Source: Planctomycetota bacterium (GTDB lineage: Bacteria; Planctomycetota; JAJSAM01; JAJVHW01). Taken from it: 64,000 nucleotides of DNA. Of this stretch, positions 30,203 to 40,864 are shown one piece after another (position 1 is the first letter of the stretch; the number at the start of each line of letters is the position of its first letter). The notes under the pieces were generated by a model, which was not told where the DNA came from, ran no database searches, and was given only the letters and a program-made list of their open reading frames with translations. The DNA is taken from contig CBDFJG010000002.1 of NCBI GenBank assembly GCA_965248445.1, positions 416,001 to 480,000 of the forward strand. Reading direction: 5' to 3'. The position numbers and the translations under genes are program-made.

Positions 30203-31243
30203 CTACTCAGCCGCGACTCTTGCGCAGCGGAACCCGATGTTGTCGTACTTGTCCTTCGGGTACGCGGCCAGGTGCTGGTCCACACGGACGAAGGACTCGG
30301 GGTCGCACCACGAGCCGCCGCAGATGACGCGCTGCTCCGAATCGGCCGGGTCCGGGCTGTCCGTCCACTCCCAGACGTTGCCGATCGCCTCGCGCACACC
30401 GAAGACGCTCACGTTGTCCGGGTGGGCGCCGTTCCTCGCGATGGTGATGTCGTCTTCGGAGTTGCCGTAGTTCGCCTTCTCCGGATCGAGCGGGCCGTCC
30501 CAAGGGTACGGCTGGCCCTTCGTGCCGCGGACGGCCTTCTCCCACTCGTCCTTGGTCGGGAGTGACTTGCCCGCGAACGCGGCGAACTTGAACGCGTCGT
30601 ACCACGACACGCCCACCACGGGAGCCTCCGGCTCCTTCAGCCCATCATCGTTCCAGAACTTGGGAGACCGGTACCCGGTCGACTCGACGAAGCTCTTGTA
30701 CTCGGCGTTCGTGACCGGGAACTCGTCGATCCAGAACGCCTTCACGTCGCGTGGCTGGTTCGTCGGACCCGACAGGAACGACCCGCCGCCGACGAACACC
30801 ATGCCGTCCACGACCTGCGGTCCGACTTCGTCTTCGTCGACCGCTTCCGATGCCGCGTCGGACATCGCGTCGACTTCCTTCAACACCTTCGCGAGGAGCT
30901 TGTCGCGAGCACCGTCGTCCATGTCTGCGAGAGCGTCGTGCGCTTCCTCGATGCGGTCGACGATCGCGTCCCAGTCGTCCTCGCCAGAACGGTCGCGGTA
31001 GTTCGACAGGATGAGGTGAGCACGCGCGAGGAACAGGTTGGTGGAGTCCGCCTTCAGGAACGCCTGCTCGAAGTAGAGGATGCCGAGGTAGTACGTCTCA
31101 CCGTCCACCGCGATGGGGTGGGAACGGTGGTACCTCTCGAGCATCACGAGGGCCTTGGCCTCGTCGATCTCATCGACATGGGCGTAGTCGACATACTTCG
31201 CCCATACGTATTCGCGAATCGCTTTGACGTCGTCGTCGACCAT
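30203..31243 (-). CDS. FGE-sulfatase (SUMF1) domain protein with a helical N-terminal domain
   Basis: PVTNAEY, LPTKDEWEKA, YPW, GNVWEW, IGFRCA. Confidence 0.9.
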   Translation of the reverse strand: MVDDDVKAIREYVWAKYVDYAHVDEIDEAKALVMLERYHRSHPIAVDGETYYLGILYFEQAFLKADSTNLFLARAHLILSNYRDRSGEDDWDAIVDRIEEAHDALADMDDGARDKLLAKVLKEVDAMSDAASEAVDEDEVGPQVVDGMVFVGGGSFLSGPTNQPRDVKAFWIDEFPVTNAEYKSFVESTGYRSPKFWNDDGLKEPEAPVVGVSWYDAFKFAAFAGKSLPTKDEWEKAVRGTKGQPYPWDGPLDPEKANYGNSEDDITIARNGAHPDNVSVFGVREAIGNVWEWTDSPDPADSEQRVICGGSWCDPESFVRVDQHLAAYPKDKYDNIGFRCARVAAE

Positions 31244-31354
31244 GCGCTGCTGGGTTCCTAGGTACCTGTTCTGGGGCGGCCCTGCGGCCGCGAACGCAGC
31301 ACATTACCCAGGCTCCTGAGGGGGACCAACGGAAAGGGAGACCCCTCGGTGAGG

Positions 31355-32854
31355 GTAACCGTTCACCCCTTGACAGCGTGTGAGCCTCAGCGTGCGACGG
31401 GCAGCGGGACCATGACGGGCGGGTCGGCGCCGGTGAGGTGCGCGGCGACCGAGTCGGCGAGGAAGTCGAAGACTTGGTCGCCACGGCGTCGCAGCGTGGC
31501 CGCGGCGGTCAACACGCGCTCGGCGAAGCGGAGTCCGCGAGCGGACTGGCTTCCGAAGGAGCCCTTGCGCCAGAGCACCGCTTTGCGGACCGCGCGCTCG
31601 GCGGCGTTGTTCGTCGGACTCACGTCCTGGGTCCGCGCATAGGTGAAGAGGGCGACCACGCGGGGGCGCAGATGGTTGGCCAGAGCCGAGTCGTCGTTCG
31701 CGATCAGTCGCTCGAGCCGTCCGCGCAGCACAGCGGCTTCGCCTTGCAGCCGGTCACGGTCGCCGTGCTCACCGAAGAGCCGGTAGCTGCGCATGACCGA
31801 CTGCGCGATCATGACGCCCTTGTTGCCGAAGCGGCGATGTTCTCGCGGGCCTTCGGCCAGCGCACGGAAGGCGCGCTCGATGTGCGCCCAGCAGAGCTGG
31901 CGGCGGGCAAGTGGGTGTGACTCGTAGGCACCCATCCGGTCGCTGATCACCGTGCCACCGAAGCGCCGCCCGATCAGCCGCCCTTTCGCCTTGGCACTGC
32001 GGCGGCGATCGATCCCGAAGGCTGTGGCGTGCTCGCTCTCCGCCGCCCACAGCCAGCACACCCGGCCCCGTTCCTTCCACGACGTCTCGTCCACGTTGGC
32101 TCGCAGCGACGTGCGGACTGCCCCGAGGGCTTCGAGGTACGACGAGTGCAGAGCGTCACTGAGCCGACGCTCACAGTCGCTGATCTTGCCCAGCGACATC
32201 TTCACACCGAAGATCTCACCGAGCAGCCGCTGCGTCTCCCGCACGCTCACGCGGTACACGCCGCGCAGCGCGCCGGCAAGTGTGGTCAGCCGCGGACCGA
32301 AGGCCCCGGTCGGCACGCCATCGGGCAGGACCGCCGTCGTGACCGCACGACAGCGCCGGCACCGCGCCTTGTGCAGCCGGTGCTCCCGCACCGTGACGAG
32401 CACGCGCGGGAGCACCGTCACCTGGTGCCGGTACGGATCGCCGATGCCCTGCTCGAGATCGTCGTGTCCGCACGCGTCGCAGAGGTCGGGACGGTGGTCC
32501 TTGGTCTCATCGACGTTGGACGGATCCACCAGCTCGCGCGCCGTGCCCTCATGGCCCGGCTGTCCGCCCTGCTTGCGACCGCTACGCGGCCTTCGGCCGC
32601 GACGGCGCTTGGACCACGCCGGGTCCGACGACGGAGGCCTCGAGCTGTTGCGGGAGTCACGCTTCAGACGCGACTCGAGCTCGTCGATGCGGCGCAGATG
32701 CTTCGCTTCGCGACGCTCCAGCTCCTCGATCCAGGCCAGAAGGCCCTCGACCATCGCCCGCAGATCCTCGTCCTGCCGCTCGCCCACAACATCTTGATCG
32801 ACCGATGGCCGAACGATCTGGATCCTGGCTCGCGACGAAGGGGTGAACGGTTAC
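31355..32854 (-). mobile_element. IS66-family element, single-ORF type, copy 1 (1500 bp)
   Basis: TIRs gtaaccgttcacccctt / aaggggtgaacggttac. Confidence 0.92.
31387..32787 (-). CDS. tnpC: IS66 transposase
   Basis: NSSRPPSSD, GGQPGH, zinc-finger Cys pairs, VDET, QLCWAH, PTNNAAER. Confidence 0.93.
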   Translation of the reverse strand: MGERQDEDLRAMVEGLLAWIEELERREAKHLRRIDELESRLKRDSRNSSRPPSSDPAWSKRRRGRRPRSGRKQGGQPGHEGTARELVDPSNVDETKDHRPDLCDACGHDDLEQGIGDPYRHQVTVLPRVLVTVREHRLHKARCRRCRAVTTAVLPDGVPTGAFGPRLTTLAGALRGVYRVSVRETQRLLGEIFGVKMSLGKISDCERRLSDALHSSYLEALGAVRTSLRANVDETSWKERGRVCWLWAAESEHATAFGIDRRRSAKAKGRLIGRRFGGTVISDRMGAYESHPLARRQLCWAHIERAFRALAEGPREHRRFGNKGVMIAQSVMRSYRLFGEHGDRDRLQGEAAVLRGRLERLIANDDSALANHLRPRVVALFTYARTQDVSPTNNAAERAVRKAVLWRKGSFGSQSARGLRFAERVLTAAATLRRRGDQVFDFLADSVAAHLTGADPPVMVPLPVAR

Positions 32855-34946
32855 CCTCGGGGAGGGTCAGCGGGATGGTCATCGCGACCTCGCGTCCGGC
32901 AGCACGGCCACGGACGACCAGTTCTCCCTCGACCGCGGCGTCGTATCGGCCGAAGACAACAAGCGGACGCGTGGAACTCAGGTGTCGCAGCTTGCCGGGC
33001 CGAACGCCGTGAACCGGCAGGCCGTTGGTGTCGACGGAGACCTCCGTCATGAACGGTGCGCCGAGGGACTCGATCATGCGCCCTGCGGCGGCGTTCGCCT
33101 CGTCCGGGTTCTCCCCGACGACCTCGTACTCGCCACCGCCATGCTCGGCGATGCCCTCGATCAGGTAGCGGTTCACGGACGATCCGATACCGAACGCGTA
33201 CCAGCGCGCACCCGCGCCCTTGTCCTTGATCGTCGCGAGGATCGCCGCTTCGTTCCCGACGGCGCCATCGGTCAGGAAGGCGATCGAGCGCGCGTAGTTC
33301 GGGTTGCTCGGCTGATCGAACAGCTTCGCGAGGCCCGAGAGCATCTCGGTGCCGCCGCTGCCCGTGAGCCCCTTCACGTACTCGATCCCCGCCGTCACGT
33401 TCTCGGGTGTGCAGTCCACCGGCAGCTCCCGGAACGAGCCGGACGAACCGGCGAAGCGGATAATGTTGAAGCGGTCGTACGTCCGCGCCTCGCGCAGCAC
33501 GCGCTCGACGATCGCCTGCGACGTCTGGATCGGCACCCCGTTCATCGACCCGGAGGTGTCGAGGACGAACGTCATCTCCCGCGCCGCCGTCTCCGCGTCC
33601 CGCGGATCGAGCGGCGGGATGAGGAACGCCGAGAAGAACCCGCCCCGGTCGCCGCGGTGCGCGACGAACCCAGCGGCGAAGTCCTTGTCTGCCACGCGCC
33701 AGCGAACGATGAGATCGCCGTTCGTGGCAAGGTCGCCGTCTGACAGCCGCACGTGGGCGCGCGACGCGGACTTCTCCTTCACGTCGATGTCATGCGTCTT
33801 GCACGTCACCTCGTGCAGCGTGACACCCGCGTCGATCGAGAGATCGAACATCAGGTCGCGACCGGCGCGAATGCCCTCACGGAGGGTCGGCGGGGAGACG
33901 CGCGACGCGTCGGGCACCTGGTCGGTGTCGCGATGTGTGCCGCCACCGCCTGCGATGTCACCGGAGTCCGACGCCCGTGCGTCGGGCGCGGTCGGACCGC
34001 CGGGCATGTAGCGCGGCATGACGACGAGCGGGAGCACGTACTCGTAGGAACCGCCGTCGTAGCGCAGCTTGTGGAAGTACGTGATCTCGACGTCGATGGA
34101 GGTCCCGGGTGCGATGTTCGCGACCGACTGCGTGAAGAGGTTCGGACGCTCCTGGGTCATCAAGCTCGCGCGAAGTCCGCGCGAGCGAGCCTCGGCGTAG
34201 ATCTGCTCGGCCTGCTCGCGGGGCTTCACGATTCCGAGCACCCGGCGGTCGCCGATCTTCATCGCGAAGCCAGTGACCGCGGCGTCCGCGGGCAGGGGCA
34301 TCGTGTAGACCGCCTCGACGACCCGGTCGAGCGGGTTCGAGTAGGTCTGCGTCATCTTGGTCGTGGCGAGCCACGCTGACGCTTCGGCGTCGACCGCCGT
34401 TCGCGTCAGCGGGAACCTCCGCGGCGCCTCGTTCTCGATCTTCGCCACGAGGCCGGGCTGGATGGACGCGGTCAATCCACTGCTCGCGCGTCCTCCGCCG
34501 CCGGCGCGCAGGTTTCTCCGGCCGCCTCGACGCCCACCGAGGTTGCGCCGCATGCCGCGCCGCCCGCCGAACGCCCCACCCGAGCCGCCGCCGATTCCGA
34601 TCGTCCCGTTGGTGCCCGGACCCGCGAACGGCGCGTCGCTGTCGAAGCGAGGGTCGCCGAGGGACATGGTGTCGTTGTCCGTCTCGTTGTGATCCGAGAC
34701 CTTCGCGTCCTTGATCACCGGGTCCATCACCACGCCCATCTCCTCGATGGCCCGCTCCTCGCACACCGGCGGCGGAGCGATCTGTTCGAGGACGATGACC
34801 TCGTCGTAGTCCGCGGCTCGTGCCAGCAGCACGTGATCGGAAGCGGCGAGGTCGCGATCCCAGACAGCGCGGCTGCGCGCACCTGTGACGAGCAGAGCGT
34901 GGGCGGCGACGGATAGACCGAGGGCGATGAACGTACGAGTCCGCAT
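32855..34946 (-). pseudogene. VIT + vWA domain protein, C-terminally truncated by IS66
   Basis: EAVYTMPLP, QERPNLFTQSVANI, FVLDTSGSM (MIDAS), FLTDG; the frame runs into the IS66 end after TLPEG. Confidence 0.85.
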
Positions 34947-35104
34947 GGATTCCTCCGGCTTCGGGGGCTTCCGCCCGCGCGTTCTGCGCGGCGGAGTTCG
35001 ATGCGGCGTGCACGCCTTCGACCGTCACTCAACGGGCGACGCGCAAGATGGTTCGGGACGATGTTCCGCGCGCTAGTCGAACGGGCGGGCGCAGCGGCCC
35101 GCGG

Positions 35105-36127
35105 TCAATCGCGCGCGTCGAACGCCGACAACGCCTGGGACGCGCGGGCGAGGTCCTTGCGCTCGCGAGGTGACAGCCCCTCGATGCCGCCGACCTCGGT
35201 GATGCGGTCGAGCAGCGCGTCCACCTGCGCCTGGAGCGCCGCACGTTCGGACGCGCGCTTCTCCTCGCTCTTCCGGCGCTTGGCCTTCTCCTTGTCCTCA
35301 GACTCCTTTGCACGCTCCTCGATCGCCTTCGAGTCGTAGAGCGCCTTCGCGAACGGATCGGTGTATCCGAAGATCTCGTCGTACTTCGCCCGGAACGCGA
35401 GGCGGCGGCACGCGAAGAAGCCCTCGATCGCGAGCCAAAGCAGGATCACGTCGAAGTGACCCGTGAACACCAGATCGACTCCGCCCACCCAGAACCCCAG
35501 CGACACAAGCCCCGCCAGCACCCAGCCGACCATTCCGACGCGCGCGGCAATGAGTGTCGCCTTGTTGGCGTTCATCTTCAGCGCCATCAGGCTCCGGAAA
35601 ACGCGGCCCCCGTCCAGTGGGTAGAACGGGACGAGGTTGAACAGCAGGAGCGCGACGTGCATGCCGCGATAGCCGGAGAGCATCCACCACCAGGTGGGTC
35701 GCACGAGCTCGGGCTCGAAGAGCAACTCGAGAGGCCAGAGGACAATCAGCCAGAGCAAGTGCGTCGCCGGCCCTGCGAGTGCGATCACGATGTCCTGCTT
35801 CGGTCCGGACGCCTCGCTGTCCAGGTGGGCGAGGCCACCCAGACCACGCAAGGTGATCATGGACGTATCGATGCCGTAGTGGCGACCGGCGACGATGTGC
35901 CCCATCTCGTGGACGTACACGGCCGCGAACAGCCCGAGCGTCCAGGCCAGCCCCCACGCGATCGCGCCGAGCGGTCCCATCCACGACCAGTAGCCCCAGA
36001 TGAAGAACACGGGCCAGATGGCGATGGTCCACGACGCGCGCACGTCGACACGGAACGCGCGAAACAGCGGCCACGTCGTACTCAGTAGACGACGCAGCGG
36101 GCTCTGGAGGAACGGATCCTGCGGCAC
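35105..36127 (-). CDS. Site-2 (M50) intramembrane metalloprotease with a C-terminal helical tail
   Basis: HEMGH, IALAGP, NLVPFYPLDGG; VDALLDRI..GIEGLS..ER tail. Confidence 0.9.
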   Translation of the reverse strand: MPQDPFLQSPLRRLLSTTWPLFRAFRVDVRASWTIAIWPVFFIWGYWSWMGPLGAIAWGLAWTLGLFAAVYVHEMGHIVAGRHYGIDTSMITLRGLGGLAHLDSEASGPKQDIVIALAGPATHLLWLIVLWPLELLFEPELVRPTWWWMLSGYRGMHVALLLFNLVPFYPLDGGRVFRSLMALKMNANKATLIAARVGMVGWVLAGLVSLGFWVGGVDLVFTGHFDVILLWLAIEGFFACRRLAFRAKYDEIFGYTDPFAKALYDSKAIEERAKESEDKEKAKRRKSEEKRASERAALQAQVDALLDRITEVGGIEGLSPRERKDLARASQALSAFDARD

Positions 36128-36213
36128 GGCGACAATGCTAGCCGCGGCGGGGAGATACACTCTGCACGGCGAGACCGAGACGAGAGGGTGAGTCAATTGA
36201 GAGGGGACGGGCC

Positions 36214-37185
36214 ATGCGAATGAAGAGCTTCGCGCTGGCGGCGGTGGCCGTCGCGCTCGTCGTCGGCGTGTCCCACGCCAAGGACGAGACCGTGCCGTTC
36301 CCGGTGCACCGCTCACAGATCCTGCGCGCGCAGGGCACCGTGTACACGATCACCGGCCGTCAGACGATCCCGGCCGGCGTCGAGGTCTCGTGCCAGAAGG
36401 ACGTCTACATCAAGGGTGTGGGCACGGGGGCAACGCTCGTCGTGATCGGCTCGCTGCAGGCGCACGGCGTCCACGACCGGGAGATCATCTTCGAGAACGT
36501 CGTCGTCGAGCCCGGCGAGAAGTGCGAGGACCTGCACCTGGACTCCTGCATATTCCGCGGCGGCGGCATCATCTCGCCCAAGGCCAAGCCGGTGAAGGGG
36601 AAGATCTTCCTCGAACTACTCGCCTTCTCGGAAGGCTCTGTGATCGACCTCACCATGTCGTCCGGACACATGGACCTGTCGTCCGTCGAGACCCTCAAAC
36701 CGACGTTCCTGCGATTCATGGAGCCCGAGGGCAGCAAGCGGAACAAGTGCAAGGTCAAGGTGCGCGGGTCGGAGCTGCACGGCGGGCTCCACATCGAGAA
36801 CGCCGCCGACGTGACCGTGCGTCGCTCGTCGATGGGCGGCGACAAGTCCACGTTCAAGGACAACGACATCCTCACCTTCGACGGCAACATGGTGACGTCG
36901 AAGACCCTCGAGTTCATCCAGACCCGCAGCAAGAAGTTCGGGAAGACGAAGATCCTGAAGTGCGACATCTACTCCGACAAGATGGTGGCGCGCGCACCGA
37001 AGAACGAGAAGACCAGCGAGAGGGTCTACGTGGACAAGGGCTACTTCAAGGGGAAGACCAGGGAGAAGCAGCTCCGCACCGGCCTGATCGTCGACGGCAA
37101 GGACGACCCGGAGAACGCCGCAGTGTTCAAGTTCAAGAAGTTCAACGAACGCCCGCTCGAGTTGGCGGGCGCCAAGGTCCGCTGA
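36214..37185 (+). CDS. Hypothetical secreted Lys-rich protein (beta-helix-like)
   Basis: Signal peptide ending SHA-KD; strong GC3 codon bias. Confidence 0.75.
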   Translation: MRMKSFALAAVAVALVVGVSHAKDETVPFPVHRSQILRAQGTVYTITGRQTIPAGVEVSCQKDVYIKGVGTGATLVVIGSLQAHGVHDREIIFENVVVEPGEKCEDLHLDSCIFRGGGIISPKAKPVKGKIFLELLAFSEGSVIDLTMSSGHMDLSSVETLKPTFLRFMEPEGSKRNKCKVKVRGSELHGGLHIENAADVTVRRSSMGGDKSTFKDNDILTFDGNMVTSKTLEFIQTRSKKFGKTKILKCDIYSDKMVARAPKNEKTSERVYVDKGYFKGKTREKQLRTGLIVDGKDDPENAAVFKFKKFNERPLELAGAKVR

Positions 37186-37189
37186 CCTC

Positions 37190-37657
37190 GTGCGCACGCT
37201 TTCGTGTCTCGCGTTCGTGCTCGCACTCGTGCTCCTCACCGCGTGCGGGGGCAACGGCGACGGCGCAGAGCCCGCCGCCGGCGGGCACGCACACGGCGCG
37301 CCCCGCGGCGGCGTGCTCGTCGTGCTGGCCGAGGAGATCGCGCACGTCGAACTCGTGTTCGACGCGACGAACGGCCAGATCGATCTCTACGGCCTGGGAC
37401 CGCACGCGTCGGAGCCGATGCGCATGGAGCAGGAGGACATCCGGCTGTTCCTGTACCGCGGGGGCGAGGCGATCCGCGTCATTCTCCTGCCGGTCGCGAG
37501 CGAACTGACCGGCGAGACGGTCGGCGACACGTCCCACTACGCCGCGGCGGACAAGCGCCTCGTCGGCGCGGAGAAGTGGAAAGGCCGAATCCAGAGCGTC
37601 GGCATCCGCGGAGACCTGTACGAGCAGGTGAAGGTCGCGTATCCGCCGAGCGAGTAG
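37190..37657 (+). CDS. Lipoprotein with a His-containing motif, possibly metal-binding
   Basis: Lipobox LTAC; GHAHGAPRGG...HVELV. Confidence 0.7.
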   Translation: MRTLSCLAFVLALVLLTACGGNGDGAEPAAGGHAHGAPRGGVLVVLAEEIAHVELVFDATNGQIDLYGLGPHASEPMRMEQEDIRLFLYRGGEAIRVILLPVASELTGETVGDTSHYAAADKRLVGAEKWKGRIQSVGIRGDLYEQVKVAYPPSE

Positions 37658-37810
37658 GGACATTGCGAGCCGGAACGACCGCTCGCTACTCGCAACGGCG
37701 GGCAGATTGCCGAGCAATCTGGGTGACGGTGCCATCGGCCGCACGAGTGCTACCTTGCCGGCGCACGAAGGTGCGGCCCAGAGCGTGGGTTGCCGCGCAA
37801 CCCGCGTGAC

Positions 37811-39361
37811 TCAGAACTGCCGGAGCTTGAACCGTTGGATCTTGCCGGTCGCGGTCTTGGGCAGTTCCTTCACGAACTCCACCCACCGCGGCCGCTTGTA
37901 CGCCGCGAGCTTCTCGACACAGTGCGAGATGAGCGCCTTCTCCAGGTCCTCGCCGCCGTCGTAGCCGTCGTTCAGGACGACGTACGCGTACGGCTTGACC
38001 AGGTCCGACTGGTCCACGCGGCCCACCACCGCGCACTCGACGACCGCCGGATGCGCGATCAGCGCGCTCTCGACCTCGACCGGAGAGGTCCAGATGCCCC
38101 CCACCTTGAGCATGTCGTCGCTGCGGCCGGCGTGCCAATAGTAGCCGTCTTCGTCGACCAGGTACTTGTCGCCCGTGAACAACCACTCCCCGAGGAACGT
38201 CTCGCGGCTGCGCTGGTACTTGTGCAGATACGCCAGCGCCGCGGTCTCGCCCTTCACGAGTAGGTTGCCAATCTCGCCCTGCGGCACCTCGACGCCATCG
38301 TCGTCCACGAGACGCAGTTCGTAGCCGTCGAACGGCTTCCCGCTGCTTCCGGGACGCACGTCGTCAGGCCGGTTCGAGATGAAGATGTGGAAGTTCTCGG
38401 TCGAGCCGATGCCGTCGATGATCGAGACGCCGGTGCGCTCCTTCCACTGCTCCCAGATGGGCGCGGGCAGCGCCTCACCCGCCGACACGCAGAGCCGCAG
38501 CGAAGAGAGGTCGTACTTCGTGTCGAAGTCCGGCGTCGCGAGCGTCATCGCGTAGCCGGTCGGCGCGTTGTAGAGGATCGTCGGCTTGAAGCGATCGACG
38601 GTGCCGAGCACGCTCGCGACGACGCGCGGGGAGCCCGCGAGCAGCACGACGCTGGCGCCCACATACCACGGGAAGATCAGGTTGCCACCGAGACCGAACG
38701 TGAAGAACAGCTTCGCCCCGGCGAACGTCCGGTCGTTCTCCGTCAAACCGAGGACGTTCACGCCCCAGAGCTGTGCCGTCAGGGGGTAGTCCTTGTGCGA
38801 GTGCAGGATCCCCTTCGGCTCACCGGTCGTGCCCGACGAGTAGTTCAGCGAGCAGAAGTCGTCCCGGTGAGTCGGCGCCTGAGCGCACTCCGCCGGCTCG
38901 TCGGCGATCCACCGACTGTACGACGTGTCCCCCTCACGCTCCGGATCCCCGATCACGATCACGTGCTCGATGAAATCCAGCGTGTCGCGCACTTCCTCGA
39001 CCAGCGACAGGAGCCCCGCGTGCACGACCACCACGCGCGGCCGCGCGTCGCGCAGCATGTAGTCGACGTCGTAGGGCTTCGCCATCGTGTTCATGCCGAT
39101 GGCCACGCCGCCCACCTTCATGACACCGAAGAACGTCGTCACCCACTCGGCCACGTCGAACGACAGGATGCCCACGTACTCGCCCTGCCGGACACCCAAC
39201 CGTCGCAGCGCATTGCCCACCTGGTTGGCCTCGGCCGCGACCTCACCGAACGTCATCTCGCCGGCTTCGGAGTAGAGCGCGGTCTTGTCCGCGCGCGCGG
39301 CCAGATTGCGCTCGAGGATGTCGACGCAGTTGTACTGGGGCGGGAGTTCGGCTGCCTTCAT
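37811..39361 (-). CDS. Benzoate-CoA ligase family acyl-CoA ligase
   Basis: YSSGTTGEPKG, AKLFFTFGLG, SAGEALP, DGIGSTE..HIF, GRSDDMLKVGG, PKTATGKIQR. Confidence 0.92.
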   Translation of the reverse strand: MKAAELPPQYNCVDILERNLAARADKTALYSEAGEMTFGEVAAEANQVGNALRRLGVRQGEYVGILSFDVAEWVTTFFGVMKVGGVAIGMNTMAKPYDVDYMLRDARPRVVVVHAGLLSLVEEVRDTLDFIEHVIVIGDPEREGDTSYSRWIADEPAECAQAPTHRDDFCSLNYSSGTTGEPKGILHSHKDYPLTAQLWGVNVLGLTENDRTFAGAKLFFTFGLGGNLIFPWYVGASVVLLAGSPRVVASVLGTVDRFKPTILYNAPTGYAMTLATPDFDTKYDLSSLRLCVSAGEALPAPIWEQWKERTGVSIIDGIGSTENFHIFISNRPDDVRPGSSGKPFDGYELRLVDDDGVEVPQGEIGNLLVKGETAALAYLHKYQRSRETFLGEWLFTGDKYLVDEDGYYWHAGRSDDMLKVGGIWTSPVEVESALIAHPAVVECAVVGRVDQSDLVKPYAYVVLNDGYDGGEDLEKALISHCVEKLAAYKRPRWVEFVKELPKTATGKIQRFKLRQF

Positions 39362-39439
39362 GGGTGTCCTCCGGGGGGCGGCGACTGTACCGAATCCCGG
39401 CCCGCGATTCCGGTCTCAGCACCCCTCACGGAACGCCCG

Positions 39440-39468
39440 TTGACGCAAGGCCGTCCGAACGGCATCCT
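39440..39468 (+). promoter_or_regulatory. Putative sigma70 promoter of tRNA-Sec
   Basis: TTGACG-N17-CATCCT about 50 bp upstream of the tRNA. Confidence 0.5.
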
Positions 39469-39517
39469 GCGCGGCCCGCCCGATCTCGGAGCGAGCCTGG
39501 GCGGGACTTCCACCAGC

Positions 39518-39613
39518 GGGAGCAGCTGGGTACCTGGTGGGCCCCCCGGTCTTCAAAACCGGTGTGCCGGGCGATCCCCGGTTGGTCGGTTCGATTCCGA
39601 TCTGCTCCCGCCA
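39518..39613 (+). tRNA. selC: tRNA-Sec (UCA)
   Basis: 8-bp acceptor GGGAGCAG/CTGCTCCC, G discriminator plus CCA, anticodon arm ccggt-cttcaaa-accgg, long variable arm, GTTCGATT T-loop. Confidence 0.96.
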
Positions 39614-39700
39614 AACGCGCTTAGTGGCGAAGCAGCAAAGGGTTGTGTCGTACGGCCCTCGCGCATGTCGGCGCGATCCGCCGACGTCGTCGAGAGACGC

Positions 39701-39730
39701 GTGTCCCCCAGCGTCCCCCGATGTCCCCCC
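39701..39730. repeat. Three tandem 10-bp repeats (core GTCCCCC) downstream of tRNA-Sec
   Basis: gtgtccccca / gcgtcccccg / atgtcccccc. Confidence 0.6.
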
Positions 39731-39903
39731 GAATCCACCGAGCGACTGCTGGATTCCCCACTAGTCGTGGCGCGCCCCGCGCGCCCAAGCGAAACTAGAA
39801 ACTGGCTGCGGCGACGGGCGGTAGCGCATGCACTGTGCTCTGACGCGCTGCTGCCGGTGCGCACTAGCGCACGGGCAGGTCACAAGAGGTCTTTGGAGGC
39901 GGG

Positions 39904-40293
39904 ATGGCTACGGTTGAGCAGTGGGCGGAGCACATCGCCGGCGAGTACTGCGGCTGGTGCAAGGAGCCCGACGAGTGGGACTGGACGGACATCATCGGCA
40001 TCGTCCGACTTGAGTGCACCATGGACGCTGACGGTCAACTCTCGGTCGACCTTCAGAACATGGAGATCGGCACGTGGACTGGGAGATTCCGAGTCGACGG
40101 CAGAGTGCTTGAGGGGACGATCGGAAGCGATGAGAGGCAGGCCCGCTTCGAGCTCAAGTACGCTGCTGTCCGGCAAGTCGACGACAGCATCCGAGTAGGC
40201 TTCCTGGGACAACTGCACGTGTTGCGCGATGGATCGGTCTCGGATCTCAGGTTCGACGGCTACGAAGCTCCGCGACCGTTGGCTGGGGAGTGA
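39904..40293 (+). CDS. Hypothetical protein (island cargo)
   Basis: GGAGG SD, 129 aa, less biased codon usage than the core genes. Confidence 0.6.
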   Translation: MATVEQWAEHIAGEYCGWCKEPDEWDWTDIIGIVRLECTMDADGQLSVDLQNMEIGTWTGRFRVDGRVLEGTIGSDERQARFELKYAAVRQVDDSIRVGFLGQLHVLRDGSVSDLRFDGYEAPRPLAGE

Positions 40294-40494
40294 GCCGGAG
40301 CATGAACCCGTCCGAACGAACCGGGCTCAGCAAGTTCCTCTCCTACATACTTAGGCACGCCCCAGAGACCGTCGCGATCGCCCTCGATCAGCATGGGTGG
40401 GCTAGCATCGACGACGTTCTGAGAGCGTGCTGCGAATCGGGTCACACGGTGTCGCGAGCGAACCTGTTCGAGACTGTGCGTCTGTGTGACAAGC
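40290..40494 (+). pseudogene. kptA: RNA 2'-phosphotransferase (Tpt1/KptA) N-terminal fragment truncated by IS3
   Basis: LSKFLSYILRHAP...LDQHGW..IDDVL...V..CDK, then the IS3 IR. Confidence 0.88.
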
Positions 40495-40549
40495 TGGAGT
40501 TCCCCCGGTTCGGTGGACACCCGACCACTGAGGTTGGGAGGATGTCCAG

Positions 40550-40864
40550 ATGCCCAGATCGAGACCACCGTACGACGAGGAGTACAAGCGCCAGATCGTC
40601 GAGTTGCACCGCGCCGGCCGGAGCGTGATGAGCCTGTGCCGCGAGTTCGAGCCGACGGAGATGACGATCCGCAAGTGGATCAAGCAGGCCGCGCTGGACG
40701 CCGGAGAGCGTGACGACGGCTTGACCACCGCGGAGCGCGATGAGCTGCGCAAGCTCAGACGAGATGTGCGCCGGCTGCGCGAGGAGCGCGACATCTTGAA
40801 AAAAGCCGCGGCCTGGTTCGCTCGGGAGACGCGCTCGATCCCAGAGAAGGGTTCGGGTTCGTGA
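40550..40864 (+). CDS. IS3 transposase OrfA (HTH)
   Basis: YDEEYKRQIV...TIRKW...EERDILKKAAAWF. Confidence 0.9.
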   Translation: MPRSRPPYDEEYKRQIVELHRAGRSVMSLCREFEPTEMTIRKWIKQAALDAGERDDGLTTAERDELRKLRRDVRRLREERDILKKAAAWFARETRSIPEKGSGS

